Source: Phaeosaccion multiseriatum
Lineage: Eukaryota > Protista > Ochrophyta, other classes
Direction of reading: 5' to 3'
Assembly: GCA_965112735.1 (NCBI GenBank)
Contig: OZ218956.1
Coordinates: 1,736,001-1,800,000 of the forward strand
Length of the DNA: 64,000 nt
Part shown: positions 51,103 to 63,600 of the stretch, piece by piece
How the letters are laid out: every line of letters begins with the position of its first letter
How positions within the stretch are numbered: the stretch's first letter is position 1
Translations under genes and position numbers: made by a program
Notes under the pieces: generated by a model
Seen by the model: only the letters and a program-made list of their open reading frames with translations
What the model was told of the DNA's origin: nothing
Databases searched by the model: none

Positions 51103-51538
51103 GCTGCTTTGGTGCCGGTGCTGCTCCTCTCCTCCCTCCTCCGCACACAGAGCGGAGAGTCCTGGCGAGGTTCTGGGGCTGTGAGCACCGCCGGGGCTCC
51201 TACGACCCTTTCGCCTACTGCTACTACCGCTCCTGGTCTTTCGCCTCTCCTTCTCTATAGAGGACGTGTCTCGTGGCCTCCTTGCTGTCGCTCCCTCCCT
51301 CTCCATTCGCCCGCGGGGGGAGGCTTAATGACTTATGGGAATCTACATTACGTATGGGTAGGACGTGAATTTTAGATTTCCTCTCTTTCTCCCTTTCCCC
51401 AGACCTATTCCCTCTCTCTCTCTCCCTCTACCCGTTTCTCTTCTCTCTCTCTGTGCTGTCACTCTGCCATACTCTCTTCTCCCTCTCTCTCTGTGTGTGT
51501 TTCTCTCCCTCTGCCCTTGCAGAGACCTCCTTCCTGCG

Positions 51539-53836
51539 ATGCCAGGCTCCCGCCTCGAGAGGGGTGGGGGTTGGGCAGCGGCCGCAGCCGCCGCAGCAGC
51601 TGCGCTCCTGCTGATGGCATCCCCAGTCGATGGATTGATCCCAAATCTGGCTCGGCCGGGAGGGGCGGGAAGGGGCTTGGCGCCCTGTTGGAGCAGCAGC
51701 AGTGGCAGCACAAATGGAGGCATTAATGATGCACCGACAGGAGCGACAGACGGGCATCTTTCCACACCAGGATCGGAAGCGTCGGTAGGAGGAGGAGTGG
51801 GGTTGGAAGGAGGGGCGATTAGTGGTCGCAGATCAGTGTCGCGGCGGATGGGAGAGAGAATTGGAAAGCAGTGGCAAGAGCAGTACGACAAGGCGAAAAC
51901 CACAATAGACAATCTGCTGGGCGATGTGGGCGTGGAGGTGCCGCAAATGCAGGTGGCCTTGGAGAGGATGCGGAGACCGAGGACGAATCGTCGTCTGGAG
52001 AAGCTGCAGGCGCAGTTTCGGGAGAGCATACTGAAGCAAGTGCCTGGGGGAAGCACGTCACGGAACATGACGGCCCTGGAGGAAGAGGCAGCCTTGGCCG
52101 CTTTTACGGAGGGGACAGAGGGGTACGAGTCCTATCTATCCACCATCATCCCTTCCACAGACATGTCCAGCCCCGATCGGCACATTCTGGTGGTGACCAC
52201 AGCGGCGCTTCCCTGGATGACCGGCACCAGTGTCAACCCCTTACTGCGGGCCGCGTACCTATGTCGCGGACGCGAGGCAGGCAAGGTGACGATTATGCTA
52301 CCGTGGCTGGAGGACAAGAAGGACCAAGCGCAGGTCTTTACCCATGATACTTTCTTCGACTCGGCAGAGGAGCAGCAAGAGGTGGTGACCAAATGGCTCA
52401 TCGCCGCCAACTTGGAGGAGGAGGTGGCCAAGCTCAAGTTTGTGTGGTACGATGCGCGCTACTTGGGCTTCACGGGGTCAATCTTTCCCATGGGGGACAT
52501 TACCCGCCTGGTGCCGGACGAGGAGGCGGACGTGTGCATCATGGAAGAGCCCGAGCATTTGAACTGGTATCGCGCCACGGGGGTGAATTGGGCCCACAAG
52601 TTTGAGCATGTGGTGGGTATTATCCACACCAACTATGCGTTTTACACCTCCAAGGAAGAGGCTACGGCGGCCTGGAGCGGGCAGCTCAAGGAGAATTGGG
52701 TGCTGGGCTTTAACAAGCTCATGGCCCGGGCGTACTGCGACAAGGTGGTCAAGCTTAGTGCCACACTGCAGGTGTTCGCCAAGGAGAAGGAGAGTGTCTG
52801 CAATGTGCATGGCGTGCGGGAAGGATTCTTGGAGGTGGGCGACGCGGTGAAGCGCCACAAGGAGGGGAGCCACCACCGAGGAGAGCGACTAAAGCAGGAC
52901 GCAGGGGCGTACATGCTGGGGAAAATGCTGTGGGAAAAGGGCTACGATCGCCTCTTTGACTTTATGGCCGACGCCGTTGAGGAGTTCGGCCAAGAGGCGG
53001 CTTTCCCCATTGATATTTACGGACACGGGCCCGAGTCGGAGCTCATCCAGGCGGGCGCGAAAGAGAAGGGCGTGCCGGCCACCTTCCACCCCGCCATTGA
53101 CCACGCAGCGCTGGGCAAGTACAGGGTCTTCGTCAACCCCAGCGTGAGCGAGGTGCTCTGTACCACTGTGGCGGAGGCGCTGGCCATGGGCAAGTGGGTG
53201 GTCATTGCGAGGCACCCCTCCAACGAGTTCTTCTACCAGTTCTCCAATTGCCTGCCTTTTGACACGCTGACAGAGTTTCGAGACGCAATCAGCAAGGCCC
53301 TGTCCGAGGACCCGAAACCCTTGCCGGAGGACCAGCGGCGCAGCCTCACGTGGGAGGCGGCCACAGAGAGACTTGTGGAGGCGTCTAAGGTGACGGTGCG
53401 GGAGGAGAAGCAGCGGCGGGCAGACTTGGACAACATGGCCTGGACCTTCCACTACCATCTAGGGGCGGGGGAGAGGGGGGATATTGTGCGCAAGTTCTTG
53501 CTGGGGGGCGTGGTGGCAGACCAAAACGCATTTACAGCGGCCAAGTACGACGAGTTTGACCCCGAGGTGTTGGAGAGGAGGAGGAAGAGGAAGGTCTTCT
53601 TGGCCTCTGTGCGTTCTGTGCCGAGAAAGGCGCTGAAGCGGCTGGGGACTGCCAAGCCTGTGACCCCTTGGGTGGGCCTAGGGGGAGTGGCGTCGTGGGA
53701 GGCACAGCAGTCGCAGACAGAGATGGCAGAGACAGAAGAGACGGAAGAGGCAGATGGTACCACTGACGACGCGGCGGAGGAGGGGAACTCGGAAGAGGCA
53801 GAGCATGGGGGGGATCCACTACCGCGAGAAGAGTAG
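51539..53836 (+). CDS. DGD: Digalactosyldiacylglycerol synthase (GT4), probably plastid-targeted, intronless CDS
   Basis: Motifs VVTTAALPWMTGTSVNPLLRAAYL, EEPEHLNWY, VVGIIHTNY, CNVHGVR, GKMLWEKG, FVNPSVSEVLCTTVAEALAMGK, HPSNEFF, LTWEAATERL. Hydrophobic N-terminal stretch ending LLLMASPVDG|LIP followed by a transit-like region. The upstream part of the tracked ORF (51365-51521) is a pyrimidine tract ending in CAG, likely a 5'UTR intron. Confidence 0.95.
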   Translation: MPGSRLERGGGWAAAAAAAAAALLLMASPVDGLIPNLARPGGAGRGLAPCWSSSSGSTNGGINDAPTGATDGHLSTPGSEASVGGGVGLEGGAISGRRSVSRRMGERIGKQWQEQYDKAKTTIDNLLGDVGVEVPQMQVALERMRRPRTNRRLEKLQAQFRESILKQVPGGSTSRNMTALEEEAALAAFTEGTEGYESYLSTIIPSTDMSSPDRHILVVTTAALPWMTGTSVNPLLRAAYLCRGREAGKVTIMLPWLEDKKDQAQVFTHDTFFDSAEEQQEVVTKWLIAANLEEEVAKLKFVWYDARYLGFTGSIFPMGDITRLVPDEEADVCIMEEPEHLNWYRATGVNWAHKFEHVVGIIHTNYAFYTSKEEATAAWSGQLKENWVLGFNKLMARAYCDKVVKLSATLQVFAKEKESVCNVHGVREGFLEVGDAVKRHKEGSHHRGERLKQDAGAYMLGKMLWEKGYDRLFDFMADAVEEFGQEAAFPIDIYGHGPESELIQAGAKEKGVPATFHPAIDHAALGKYRVFVNPSVSEVLCTTVAEALAMGKWVVIARHPSNEFFYQFSNCLPFDTLTEFRDAISKALSEDPKPLPEDQRRSLTWEAATERLVEASKVTVREEKQRRADLDNMAWTFHYHLGAGERGDIVRKFLLGGVVADQNAFTAAKYDEFDPEVLERRRKRKVFLASVRSVPRKALKRLGTAKPVTPWVGLGGVASWEAQQSQTEMAETEETEEADGTTDDAAEEGNSEEAEHGGDPLPREE

Positions 53837-54711
53837 CATGGCATTGCACCAAAGCTTGGGATTTGGGGTTTTCTTTCTACACGGCGCACACCCACACCAC
53901 TTGTTCGGCCTCTTCCATCCCCACCCACACGTGTGCCATGCACATGTGCGTAACCATAAGTGTGGCTCTGATTTGTGGGTTTTGCTTTTATTTTTTATTT
54001 TGTTCCAAAAGGGGGAGGAGGTTACGACGGTGGGAGCTGCCTGCAGAGGGGAGAGAGAGGGAGAGGGGGAGGGGGGCCAGCAGGGTTTGCGGGCCGAGGA
54101 GGAGGATGGGGGTCGGGGAGTTTTTCCCTTCCCCCTTTCTCACTAGACTGTACAAACAACAACTTCACTTTGCAATAGATCGTTAATTTACAATACTATT
54201 CTTTAGCTTTGTCAACCAATGGAAGAACAAAACAAAAACAAAAACAAAGACTTTTCTTTTCCCGAGCGAGTTTTTTTTATTGATCGAAAACGTATTTTCA
54301 AGTAGCGGAGGATAGACAGATGGAAAGGAGAAAACGGAACGTGGGAGGCAAGGGTCTACGTACGAGGCTCACCCCGCCGGGGTACAAGGAGTCAGCCATA
54401 AGCAACCAGTGCGGAAAGAGGAGGGCGGAAGAGATTGAAGAGAATCGAAAGAGAAAGGAGTGGAAGAAAAACCCGGGAAGAAAAATGCAAACTCAAAAAA
54501 ACTCCGGTAGCTGTGGATTGTATGACCAACACGCCTTTGACGTCATTTCCTCCTTTTTTTTTTCCTTTCCTCCTCTTCCACCTTTTCTTCTTTAAGAAGG
54601 TCTTTCCCTTCCCACGATCCCAGCCCCACCGAAGCAGCAGCCGCCGCAGACGCAGCAGCAACAGAAGCCTCAGGTGCAGTGACAGAAGGAGGACCCAGAA
54701 GCATTGGAAGG

Positions 54712-57700
54712 ATGCCGCCCGCAATCACCCACGATGTGGTGGAGCTGGTCAACATTCAGAGCAGCAAGCCGGAAGTTGTGGACGCTTCGGTCGACCACAT
54801 CAAAGGGTCGGACTACTACAAGCCGGGATACTGCCCACCTGATGAGCCTATCAGCGAGGTCGATGAACGAGACAAGGTATGCGCGCCTTTCCTCATGATC
54901 TGCGAAAGATCTTTCATGAGACACGTCAGAATGACTTTCTTTCATCGCCCCCCCCCCTCCAATGACAGGGCACTCCTGATGATTGGATTCCCCGCCATCC
55001 GGAGCTGGTTCGCCTGACCGGCCGCCACCCTTTCAACGTGGAGGTAAGCTTTCCCAGGCATGTATTTCCAGACGCTGCGGTGAATTAGCTATTACGTGCT
55101 CATTTTTATTCCTACTTCACAGCCGCCCATCTACAGGGAGTTTGACCATGGATTCATATCCCCTACGAGCCTGCATTACGTGCGCAATCACGGAGCCGCC
55201 CCTACAGGAATGGATTGGGACACACACGTCATTAACATTGGAGGGCTTGTGGACCGACCGATGAAGATGACAATGGCTCAGCTTACGGGAGGAGACTTTG
55301 AGATTGTCACGCTGCCCGTCACCCTGGTCTGTGCGGGCAACCGCCGCAAGGAGGAGAATGTGGTCAAGCAGGTGAGCCAAGAGATATTGTGGTGGTGCCG
55401 TGTCTTTAGTGTGGTGTTGCGATGCACGTGTGGTGAACTAACTGATTTCGCGCGAATTTACACGTTCGTGTAGGGTCTTGGGTTTTCGTGGGGACCCGCT
55501 GCCGTGTCCACAGCACTGTGGACGGGAGTCTGGCTCAAGGACATCCTCAAGCATGTGGGCATCAAGAGCATCGAGGACGGCGCGAATCACGTGTGCCTCG
55601 TTGGAACAGAGATGCTGCCCGGGGGCTTGTATGGTACCAGCATTCGCAGAGATGTGGCTCTTAGCGAGGACGACGACGTGCTCATTGCCTTCATGCAGGT
55701 ATGATAGAGTTTAATGCAGTTCAATGTCTCGAAGGAGGAGCAGGGGGTTGGGGAGAAAGCAGCACCGGGGAAACGGTTTGAGCCTCGACAAGAGTTGTCT
55801 CGCCTCGACCAGGGCGTCGCATCAGGCTCCAGGGAGAGAGGATGGGAGGCCGATCATCTCATCACCTGCCCCGCCACGGCACGCTCTCACCTCCGCACTT
55901 GCCCCACGTTACTGCGATTACGCACGTCCGCAAGCCTCTGACCTGCCCATACACCCCGCCCTCCGTTTCACCACGCCCTCTTTTTCTCCTCTCTTCTCAT
56001 CTCTCTCATGCAGAATGGCAAGCGACTGGCAATTGACCACGGGTACCCGGTCCGAGTCATCATCCCCGGCTACATCGGCGGAAGGATGATCAAATGGCTC
56101 CAGGTGAGGCGGAGGGGGGCTGGCAATGGAGGAAAGGGAGAGACGGGGTTGTGCTGTCCCGAGGTTCGGAAGCTCTCTCTCGCGCTGGTGCCGTGTACAA
56201 GCTGACCTCCCGCGGCCCCTCCCGTCACCCCTTTCCCTCTCCCTGGCCCCTCTTCCTCCTGTCCCTCTATAGGAGATCACGGTTACGCCCGAGGAGAGCG
56301 AGAACTACTACCACTACTTCGACAACCGCGTGCTGCCCCCTCAGGTGGACGCTGAGAAGGCATTGGCCGAGCGATGGTGGCACAAGCCCCAATACATCAT
56401 CAATGAGCTCAATATCAACAGCGCCACGGTGTACCCCAGGCATGATGAGGTGGGTGTGGGTGTGTCCCCCCATTTGCTTTTGCAGCTCTTGCTTTCATTT
56501 ATTATTGTTGTTGTTGTTGTTGTTGTTGGTCGTGTGTGCTCCAATTGCTGAGTGCTGAAAGAACAATGCCTTCTCCATCTGCTCTCTTTTCCTTCTCTCC
56601 CGTCCGTCCGTCCGTCCGTCCGTCTGTGCATCCGTCTCCTTCCGCCACCCAACCAACCAACCAACCCAACCAACAGATTCTGAAGGTGTCCGCCGCCGAG
56701 ACGTACACCATCAAGGGCTACTGCTACGGAGGGGGGGGCATTGCCATCACGAGGATGGAGGTCTCTTTCGACGATGGAGACACGTGGGAACTTTGCGACC
56801 TCATGGTACGAGAGGAGAGGAGAGGGAGGGGAAGAGGGAGCGGGAGGGCATCCATCCGTTTCATTTCCAGTTTATTTTGATCTCGCCCGAGCGCCGCATG
56901 CAGAGGATATGTACGAAGCAGGGGGTAGGGGAGGGGTTTTCGGCACTGCAAGTGGATGGGAGGAATGGACCGAGTCTGTCAGTCTGTCAGTCAGTCGGTC
57001 GATCGGTCGGACGGTCGGTCGGTCGGTCAGACGGACACATGCTCGCTCCCCACCAATACCTGATGCACTCCCTCTCCATCCCTCCCTCCCTCCCTGAACC
57101 GGCCGGCCTCTCTGCCGGCCTCTGTCTGTCTGTACGTCTGTCCGTCTGTCCGTCTGTACCTGTCGCCTGGCTGTCTGGCTGTCTGTCTGGCTGTCTGTCT
57201 GTCTGTCTGTCTATCTTTGACTTCTCTCCCTCGTTGCAGATTCCGGAGAAGCCCCGCCCCACGGGCAAGCACTGGTGCTGGGTGTTCTGGCAGTACGAGG
57301 TGGATGTCGTGCGTCTGCTGAACTGCGCGGAGATCCTGTGCCGAGGCTGGCAGGGGCAGAACACGCAGCCCAACAAGCTGACCTGGAATCTGTTGGGAAT
57401 GATGAACAACAGGTAACACACACAGATGCACATGGACGCACATCCACACACGCACACACATACACACATACATACACAAACGCGCGCGAACGTATACACG
57501 CACACGCACACATACATTCACACACGCGCAACATGCACACAAAATAACATGAGCACATGCTCACGTACCACCCCCCCCCCCCCACACACACAACAGTTGC
57601 TTCCGCGTCAAGATCCACCCCCACCGCGATGAGGAATCTGGGGAGGCAGCCCTGCGCTTCGAGCACCCCACCCAGCCCGGAGCGCAGCCCGGAGGATGGA

Positions 57701-57741
57701 TGTTGAACATGAAGCCCAAGGATACGCCCATTGCGCTTTAA
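54712..57741 (+). CDS. Nitrate reductase-type molybdoenzyme with Moco and dimerisation domains only (475 aa, 9 exons)
   Basis: Exons 54712-54876, 54969-55043, 55123-55371, 55474-55698, 56014-56103, 56273-56449, 56677-56805, 57240-57412 and 57597-57741, all GT-AG and in frame. Motifs [117 protein letters not shown], then TAA 12 codons later. Confidence 0.92.
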
Positions 57742-57902
57742 TTGCTCGTTTCAGAGTCTTGGGGGAGTCGAGTTCGTGGAACCGTAGAACTCCAGCCGGC
57801 CCGTCCCCTACTTGGCTTCCTTCGAGGCTGTGGGTAGGTGGGTCGGCCTACCCCGCACAAGAGTTATGGGGATGAGAGGGTGGGTGGAGAGGGGGGTAGG
57901 GA

Positions 57903-57944
<42 letters not shown>

Positions 57945-58650
57945 AGGCATGACGGAGGGGAGGGTGGAAGGGAAGGTGCATGAGCATGCTGAAGAGATTG
58001 ATTCTTGCCCTGGTCCCTTTCGGCTTTGGTACACATGGACCGATATTCGAAGGGAGGGCCAGACAGTCAATGTCAGCAGCGCACACCATCAAATTGGCCT
58101 GTGCACGTCAAAAGTTCAGTGGTAAGGAAGGTTAAGAGGAAGCGTAGCAAGAGAGGGGTAGGAACAACAAAACACCAGCGTCAAAAACACAAGAGGATCG
58201 TGAGGGGAGAAGGGTGCAGTAGTTTAAGTGTATCATCACAGCAGGAGCGGAGGTGTCCACAGCGAGTCAAAACACAGGGACGAGGTTGAACACGACGGGA
58301 GGGATGCGCTCGCTCCCAAAGGAAGGAGGCGCCGTTTATTTTTTGTTTTTTTGAATGAAAACGAGTTACTCAGAAAAGCAGAAAAGGGGAGAAAAGGATC
58401 TTAGCAACACAGCAAGAGTTGGGGGGTGGCAGCATCTTGCAGCCAACAATTGTCGGGCCCCTGAGGAACCCCATTATCACGAACAGAGTCACACACCCTA
58501 CAACCCACCGTCCTGAAACTTGGGATCGATCCAATCCGAGTACTTCATGACGAACCAAGGCTCCCCCCTCCCCCGCCATCCTCCTCTTCATCCGCTCGTC
58601 GCATGAAATGGACAAAAGAGCTACTTCAATGTTACTCGACTTCTTAGGAG

Positions 58651-60090
58651 CTAAATGTTACTCGATTTCTTGGGTTTGACGCATACGGTGGCTCCATATA
58701 CAGCCAACGGCTTGTCCGGCTCAAGTTGTGTCCATGAGGTGTGGACGTCTTGATACCCCACGGTGGCCAAAGTGCCTTCCAAAGAATCTGCCAAGAGGGA
58801 GGGACGGAGGGAGGGGGTGAGCATGCGGTACAAGTTGGGGAATAAGTCAAGGAGAAGGGGCACCGCAAGAGAGGACACAAGACGAAAGAAGAGTCAAGAG
58901 ATTGGAAGGAAGACGAGAGAAGACAATAGGTCTTCTGCCAGGCCCCGAAAACAGCTCTCCACTCCCCATACAAGGCAAATCAATCTATAAATCAATCAAA
59001 CAATGTGCGGCTGTGTGTACGCAGTGTGTGTGCGATTCCATCCCTTCACCCTATCGCCTGTCTTGCTCTACCCTTGCTCTGTCTGCCCATTGCTGCCTTC
59101 CTTGCCTTGGTCCAGGTTCTTGAACTTGTTTCGAACGAGGGGGAGCTGAGGCCCGAATAGGGTGTCAAACACCCGGAGGTTATGCCCAGCGACCATTTGG
59201 CCCCCGGGCTTGAGAACACGTAGGCACTCCCCGAAGGAGTAGGGCAGCGAAGACCAGAAGTAGAAGCAGTGGAGTGAATGAATGACATCCACTGAGTCGT
59301 CGGGAAGGGGGATGGGGTCATTCATCGAGCTGCAAATGATGTCTGTATGAACTCCGCTCTTTTCCTGCGCAGAGGGGGGGGGGGGGGGTAATTTAAATTC
59401 CTCGACTCGACTCGATGGAAGCTCCATTCAAAACTCGAAACCCCCTTTCTTTTCCCCTCTCTGTGCACCTCGATCCTTCTCGTACCTTCCCTTCGGAATC
59501 GAGCCATGACTTCATCTCTCGGCAGCAGTCCTCTGAGTAGTCTAGCCCCACGAGCTTGGCCCCTCTTTCCCCCTTCCCTTCTCCTCCCCCCGCGTCGGTG
59601 GTGAGCTTCTGCAGTCGCTCGAGGCACGCCTTGTAGCCCACGCCGCCACCGAAGCCTAATTCAAGCACTGAACAAGGATGGGGGGGGTTGGAGAGCGTCA
59701 AGCGGGTTGAGGGAGTGTTTGATCACTAATCTTGACGGTGACATACCTACCTTGGCTACTGGCTGTCAGCGGAAGCTTGGAGACTATGTCTTGGGCACTT
59801 TTCGTGTTTCCCCCTGTCATAAAGTTGAACATCTTCTGCTGGTAGTGGTCCCCAGTCGGCACCGGGTCACTGAGGTGAGTTGCTACCCATGACGCAAGCA
59901 CTGCATCTCCCTGGATCGTCTCCATACCCTCCTTCCCTAAGCCAGAATCGAAAAAGTCAAACATGATGTCCAGCTTTGTCTTAAGCTCCCCTGTGGGAGA
60001 AGTGTACGGGGCTTTGTGCGAGGAGGACGCCATGGCCGACCAGGAAGTCGCTTGACAAAAAGCCCTACTCCAGCTGCTAAATAGTCGCAT
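58651..60090 (-). CDS. Class I SAM-dependent methyltransferase (Methyltransf_11-like), possible mitochondrial presequence, 4 exons
   Basis: Exons approx. 60090-59750, 59668-59485, 59364-59106 and 58787-58651. Motif I VLELGFGGG, LVGLDYS, PLPDDSVDVIHS..CFYFW, ECLRVLKPGG. The N-terminus MRLFSSWSRAFCQATSWSA is Arg/Ser-rich with no acidic residues. Confidence 0.88.
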
Positions 60091-60339
60091 CAACAGGTGG
60101 TCAAAGTGTTAGGCAGGTAAGTGTGAGAGCTGCGGGTTATAATCGGATCACTTCGTGATCAAGGTGGAAAGGGCACAGGCAAAGGACAGAAGGAAAGGGA
60201 TGGAACGGTCGAGGATCGGGTTGATTTTTTTAGCACCTTTGGTGCCATCTTCGAAGCCTCGAATCCAGCCTCCTCACAAATGGCGTGAAACTGTAGACCC
60301 CCCTGATTATCCCCCCCTTGAAGGAGGTACAGAGGCAGC

Positions 60340-62004
60340 ATGCCTGACTCGTGCGTGCCGCTCTCCTTCTTACTGGGAAGCCACTACGGCGGGTACTTGC
60401 AAGCGATCGACAATGACAAGTCCATGACCAAGCTCAAGCGGCCCTCGCCGCAAAAGTTGTTCGTGGGTGTGGATGCCACTCGGCGGCAAGAGCTCGCCAC
60501 GCAGTTGCTGGCGCGGAGAGGGGAGGATCCAGAGTACGATGCACTGGTGGACATGGCGCTTCTATCGGGACAACAGTCTCAGACCAAGGGCCACAAGGCT
60601 CGGAGAAGGAGGAGAAGGACTGTGGGTCAACGCATCAAGGAATCGTGGGAGAAGGAGGCCGACGCAGAGGAGCGGTACCGTCCAGCTCCGCCATTTCTGG
60701 AGCTTCAAAGTAAGCGCAAGCAAGTGTACACAAAGAAGGGCGAGCATCTGATTGGTATCACCAGCGAGGAGCAGCTGAGGAAGCAATCCGCAATGCGTCT
60801 GTCGAGACGGCAGGTGGAAGCGCAAGAGAGGTGGTTCCGCCTAACCGAGCAAGACCGTAACGACTGGAGGCGTAAGCGAACTCTCTCCGTGAAACTGCAA
60901 GAGACCGCACACAAACGTAATATGCTGGATGCCCGCTTTGACTTCGACCGAGACCTGAAGGAAAAGACCCTCTATGGCGAAGTCGAGGGAGAAAGGACGG
61001 ATGGGGAATGGCCTGAATGTGGTGGGCTCGGCAGTAATGTCCCTTCCCCTTCTACGTGTTCCCAGGAGCTGGCGGATACTGTAGCGAGTGCCCTATCCCT
61101 CCCATTGCCGCGACAAGCCAGGCCCAGTAGGCTGGGCCGTGCCACCGCTTCGGCATCAACATCCAAGCTCGGAGTGCAACGGGCCCAGCAGAACGAGCAG
61201 GAGCTCGAGGAGATGAGAGAGAGGAACCAGATGAAGCGTCTCGAGAAAGAGCTGAGAAGACTCGTGCTGCACGCCTGCACTGGCAGTAGCGGCGGCAAGG
61301 GCACCACTGGTGCTAGCGAGGGCCATACTGAGGGTGGTGGGGGTGGTGGGGATGCTGGAGGAGGACAACAAGCAGCAGCACCAGAAACCAGAGCAGCAGG
61401 AGCAGCGGCAGGAGCAGGACGAGGAGCAAGTACGCCTGGGGTGGGCCCCAGCATGGGTCTGCGCAGCATCGGACAGGTCGTTCGGTCCCTGGACATGGAG
61501 GCCATCAAGCAACAGCTCCCTCCAGACATCCTGCGCCAGCTCATCATCCACCAGCGAGCCGTCGCCAAATGCCATGGTAGTAGCAGCAGTGCAGCTCGTA
61601 ACAGCGGTGGCGGTGATGCAGCTGCTGCCACCACCCCTGCCAATGCTATTGCGATTGCTGCTGTCGGGAAGAAGAACGATTCTCTAGGGGCTTCGTCTTC
61701 GTCGGGTTTGGAACAGGTGGCACTACTGCCTGAGAATGGTGAGGTCAACGCTGCTGAGGGTAGTAATGCTCTCATCGACCCGTCTATCTTCGATCTCGCC
61801 TGGAGGCAGACCCTTGCCGCACCCCCGACCCTTGATCTTAGGGTGGATAAGGAGCCGCCCAGAGTCATGACCGGCCTAAGAGGCGGGCAGCAGCATCAAT
61901 GCAGCAGGTCTATGAGTCGCCAAGGAGGGGTGTTCTCGGGCGGTGGAAGGGAGGCAAGTGAAGGGGGAGGAAGAGGGGGAAGTGGAGAGGGAGGAGGAGG
62001 TGGG

Positions 62005-62040
<36 letters not shown>

Positions 62041-62618
62041 GCTACTTCAGCAGTGGCCGGGAGGGGTGGGGGGGACAGAGCAGGCGCTCCCTGGGGCCCC
62101 TCGGAGCCAGCGAGGAGTAGCGATAGCGACCCTCCTGGCGCTGCGGTGCGCCACCTCGGCTCTCCTCAAAGCCGGAGAGGAGGTCCCAGCCGAGCAGCAT
62201 TAGCAGGAGGAGGAGGAGGAGGAGGAGGAGGAGGAGGAGGAGGAGGAGGAGTGACAGCAGCGACGGACCCTTCGTCTCCCGTTAAGGTCAAAGCGTCGAG
62301 GGGTAGAGCAGCAACAGCAGCAGGAGGAGCAGGACTGGGCGGCGGTGGTGGTGGTGCTCCGAAGCTCAAGGTCAAGACCACAGTAGCCTTCGGAGTAACC
62401 TCGCCGGCAAAGGCCGCTCAAGGGCCGCCTGCCCTCGCAGTGGATGGAGGGACTGCGTTCGTTAGGGATGGGCGCACTGTGCTACTGCCGGTGCTTCAGG
62501 GAATCGCTTGGGGGTCGCGCAGCGAGCCTCTGTTGGCAACAACACCACCAACAGTACCAACAACAACAGCAACAACAGCAACCACAACGACAGCGGGGAG
62601 TCGGGATTGCGAGCAGCC

Positions 62619-62649
<31 letters not shown>

Positions 62650-63600
62650 GCCCATGAGCCCGACGGCGACAACGGAGTGCTGCTCACGTCCAGCAGCATG
62701 GCGAGTACCGAATCGCAGGATTGCCCACCGACGTCAAGCCTCCTCACTACGCTCCACGACGAAGGGGGTCACAGCGTGTGCAGTTACGCCTCGACCGACG
62801 CGAGCTTGCGCCTCGCTGGGGCAACAGCAGCGGCGGTAGGAGGCCAGCTAGAGGGCCCCGCACTCTCTCCTCCCCCGTGCTATTCACCAGCAGCAGGAGC
62901 AGTAGCAGGAGCGGTGCCAGCAGCAGCAACTGTCGATCACTTTGCGAGCCCCGTGGATCTGCTGACTCACCCCCCCGGCGGGCCGTGCTTTGACCTTTCG
63001 GGAGGAGGCTCCCTTGCTGCCGCGGCATCGTCCGTGGCCTCAAGTGAATTCGGAGCGAACGGTAGTGATTTCGGAGATGATGCGGTTGATGATGCTGAGG
63101 GGGTGCCGCGACGCGGGCAGCAGGGGCAGGAGCACGAGCGGCCGCAACAGGAGGAGCAGGAGGAGGAGGAGAAGGGGGAGCAGAAGGGGCAGGAGGGAGA
63201 GAAGGGGGAAGAGGGGCAGCGGGAGGGGGAGGAGGAACTTCTTCTCCGCGTGCAATCTGCTGCTACTGTGGACACCGACGGTTGGGAGGAGCGGGAAGGG
63301 CAAGTGTGGAGGGAGGAAGGGCAGCATCAACAACAACAACAACACCAACAACAGCAGCAGCAGTTGGTGATACAGCCAGAGAGTGGTGAGACAATGCTAC
63401 AGGTCACCGTGCTGATGGACGAGGCCGACGAGAGCGAGTACAGGGAGGGGGAAGGGTCCCCGCTGCCGTCGGAGCAGCAGCTCCAGCAAGGGGAGGAGGA
63501 GGAGGAGGAGGAGGAGGAGGAGGAGGAGGAGGAGGAGGAGAAGGAGGAGAAGGAGGAGGAGGAGGAGGAGGAGGAGGAGGAGGAGGAGGAGGAGGAGTAG
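60340..63600 (+). CDS. Hypothetical 1086 aa protein: charged helical N-terminal region, long low-complexity remainder, poly-Glu tail
   Basis: A 3.26 kb uninterrupted ORF with natural-looking composition over the first ~300 aa, head-to-head with the methyltransferase. No family recognised, and the true 3' end is uncertain. Confidence 0.65.

Noticed and set aside
54712-57741. Calling the Mo-only gene a plant-type sulfite oxidase
   Set aside because: Diagnostic positions are NR-type ([33 protein letters not shown]) and the C-terminal IAL is not a typical peroxisomal PTS1.
2245-57741. Nutrient-stress or plastid-lipid gene cluster (PSR-like factor, SPS, DGD, NR-like)
   Set aside because: The genes are spread over 55 kb among unrelated housekeeping genes, with no evidence of co-regulation from sequence alone.
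57965-58125. VHEHAEEIDSC... as the start of a cytochrome b5 exon completing the nitrate reductase
   Set aside because: The resemblance to EV.KH....DCW is superficial. There is no W/VYD/HPGG motif, no polypyrimidine acceptor in front, and no room for an FAD domain.
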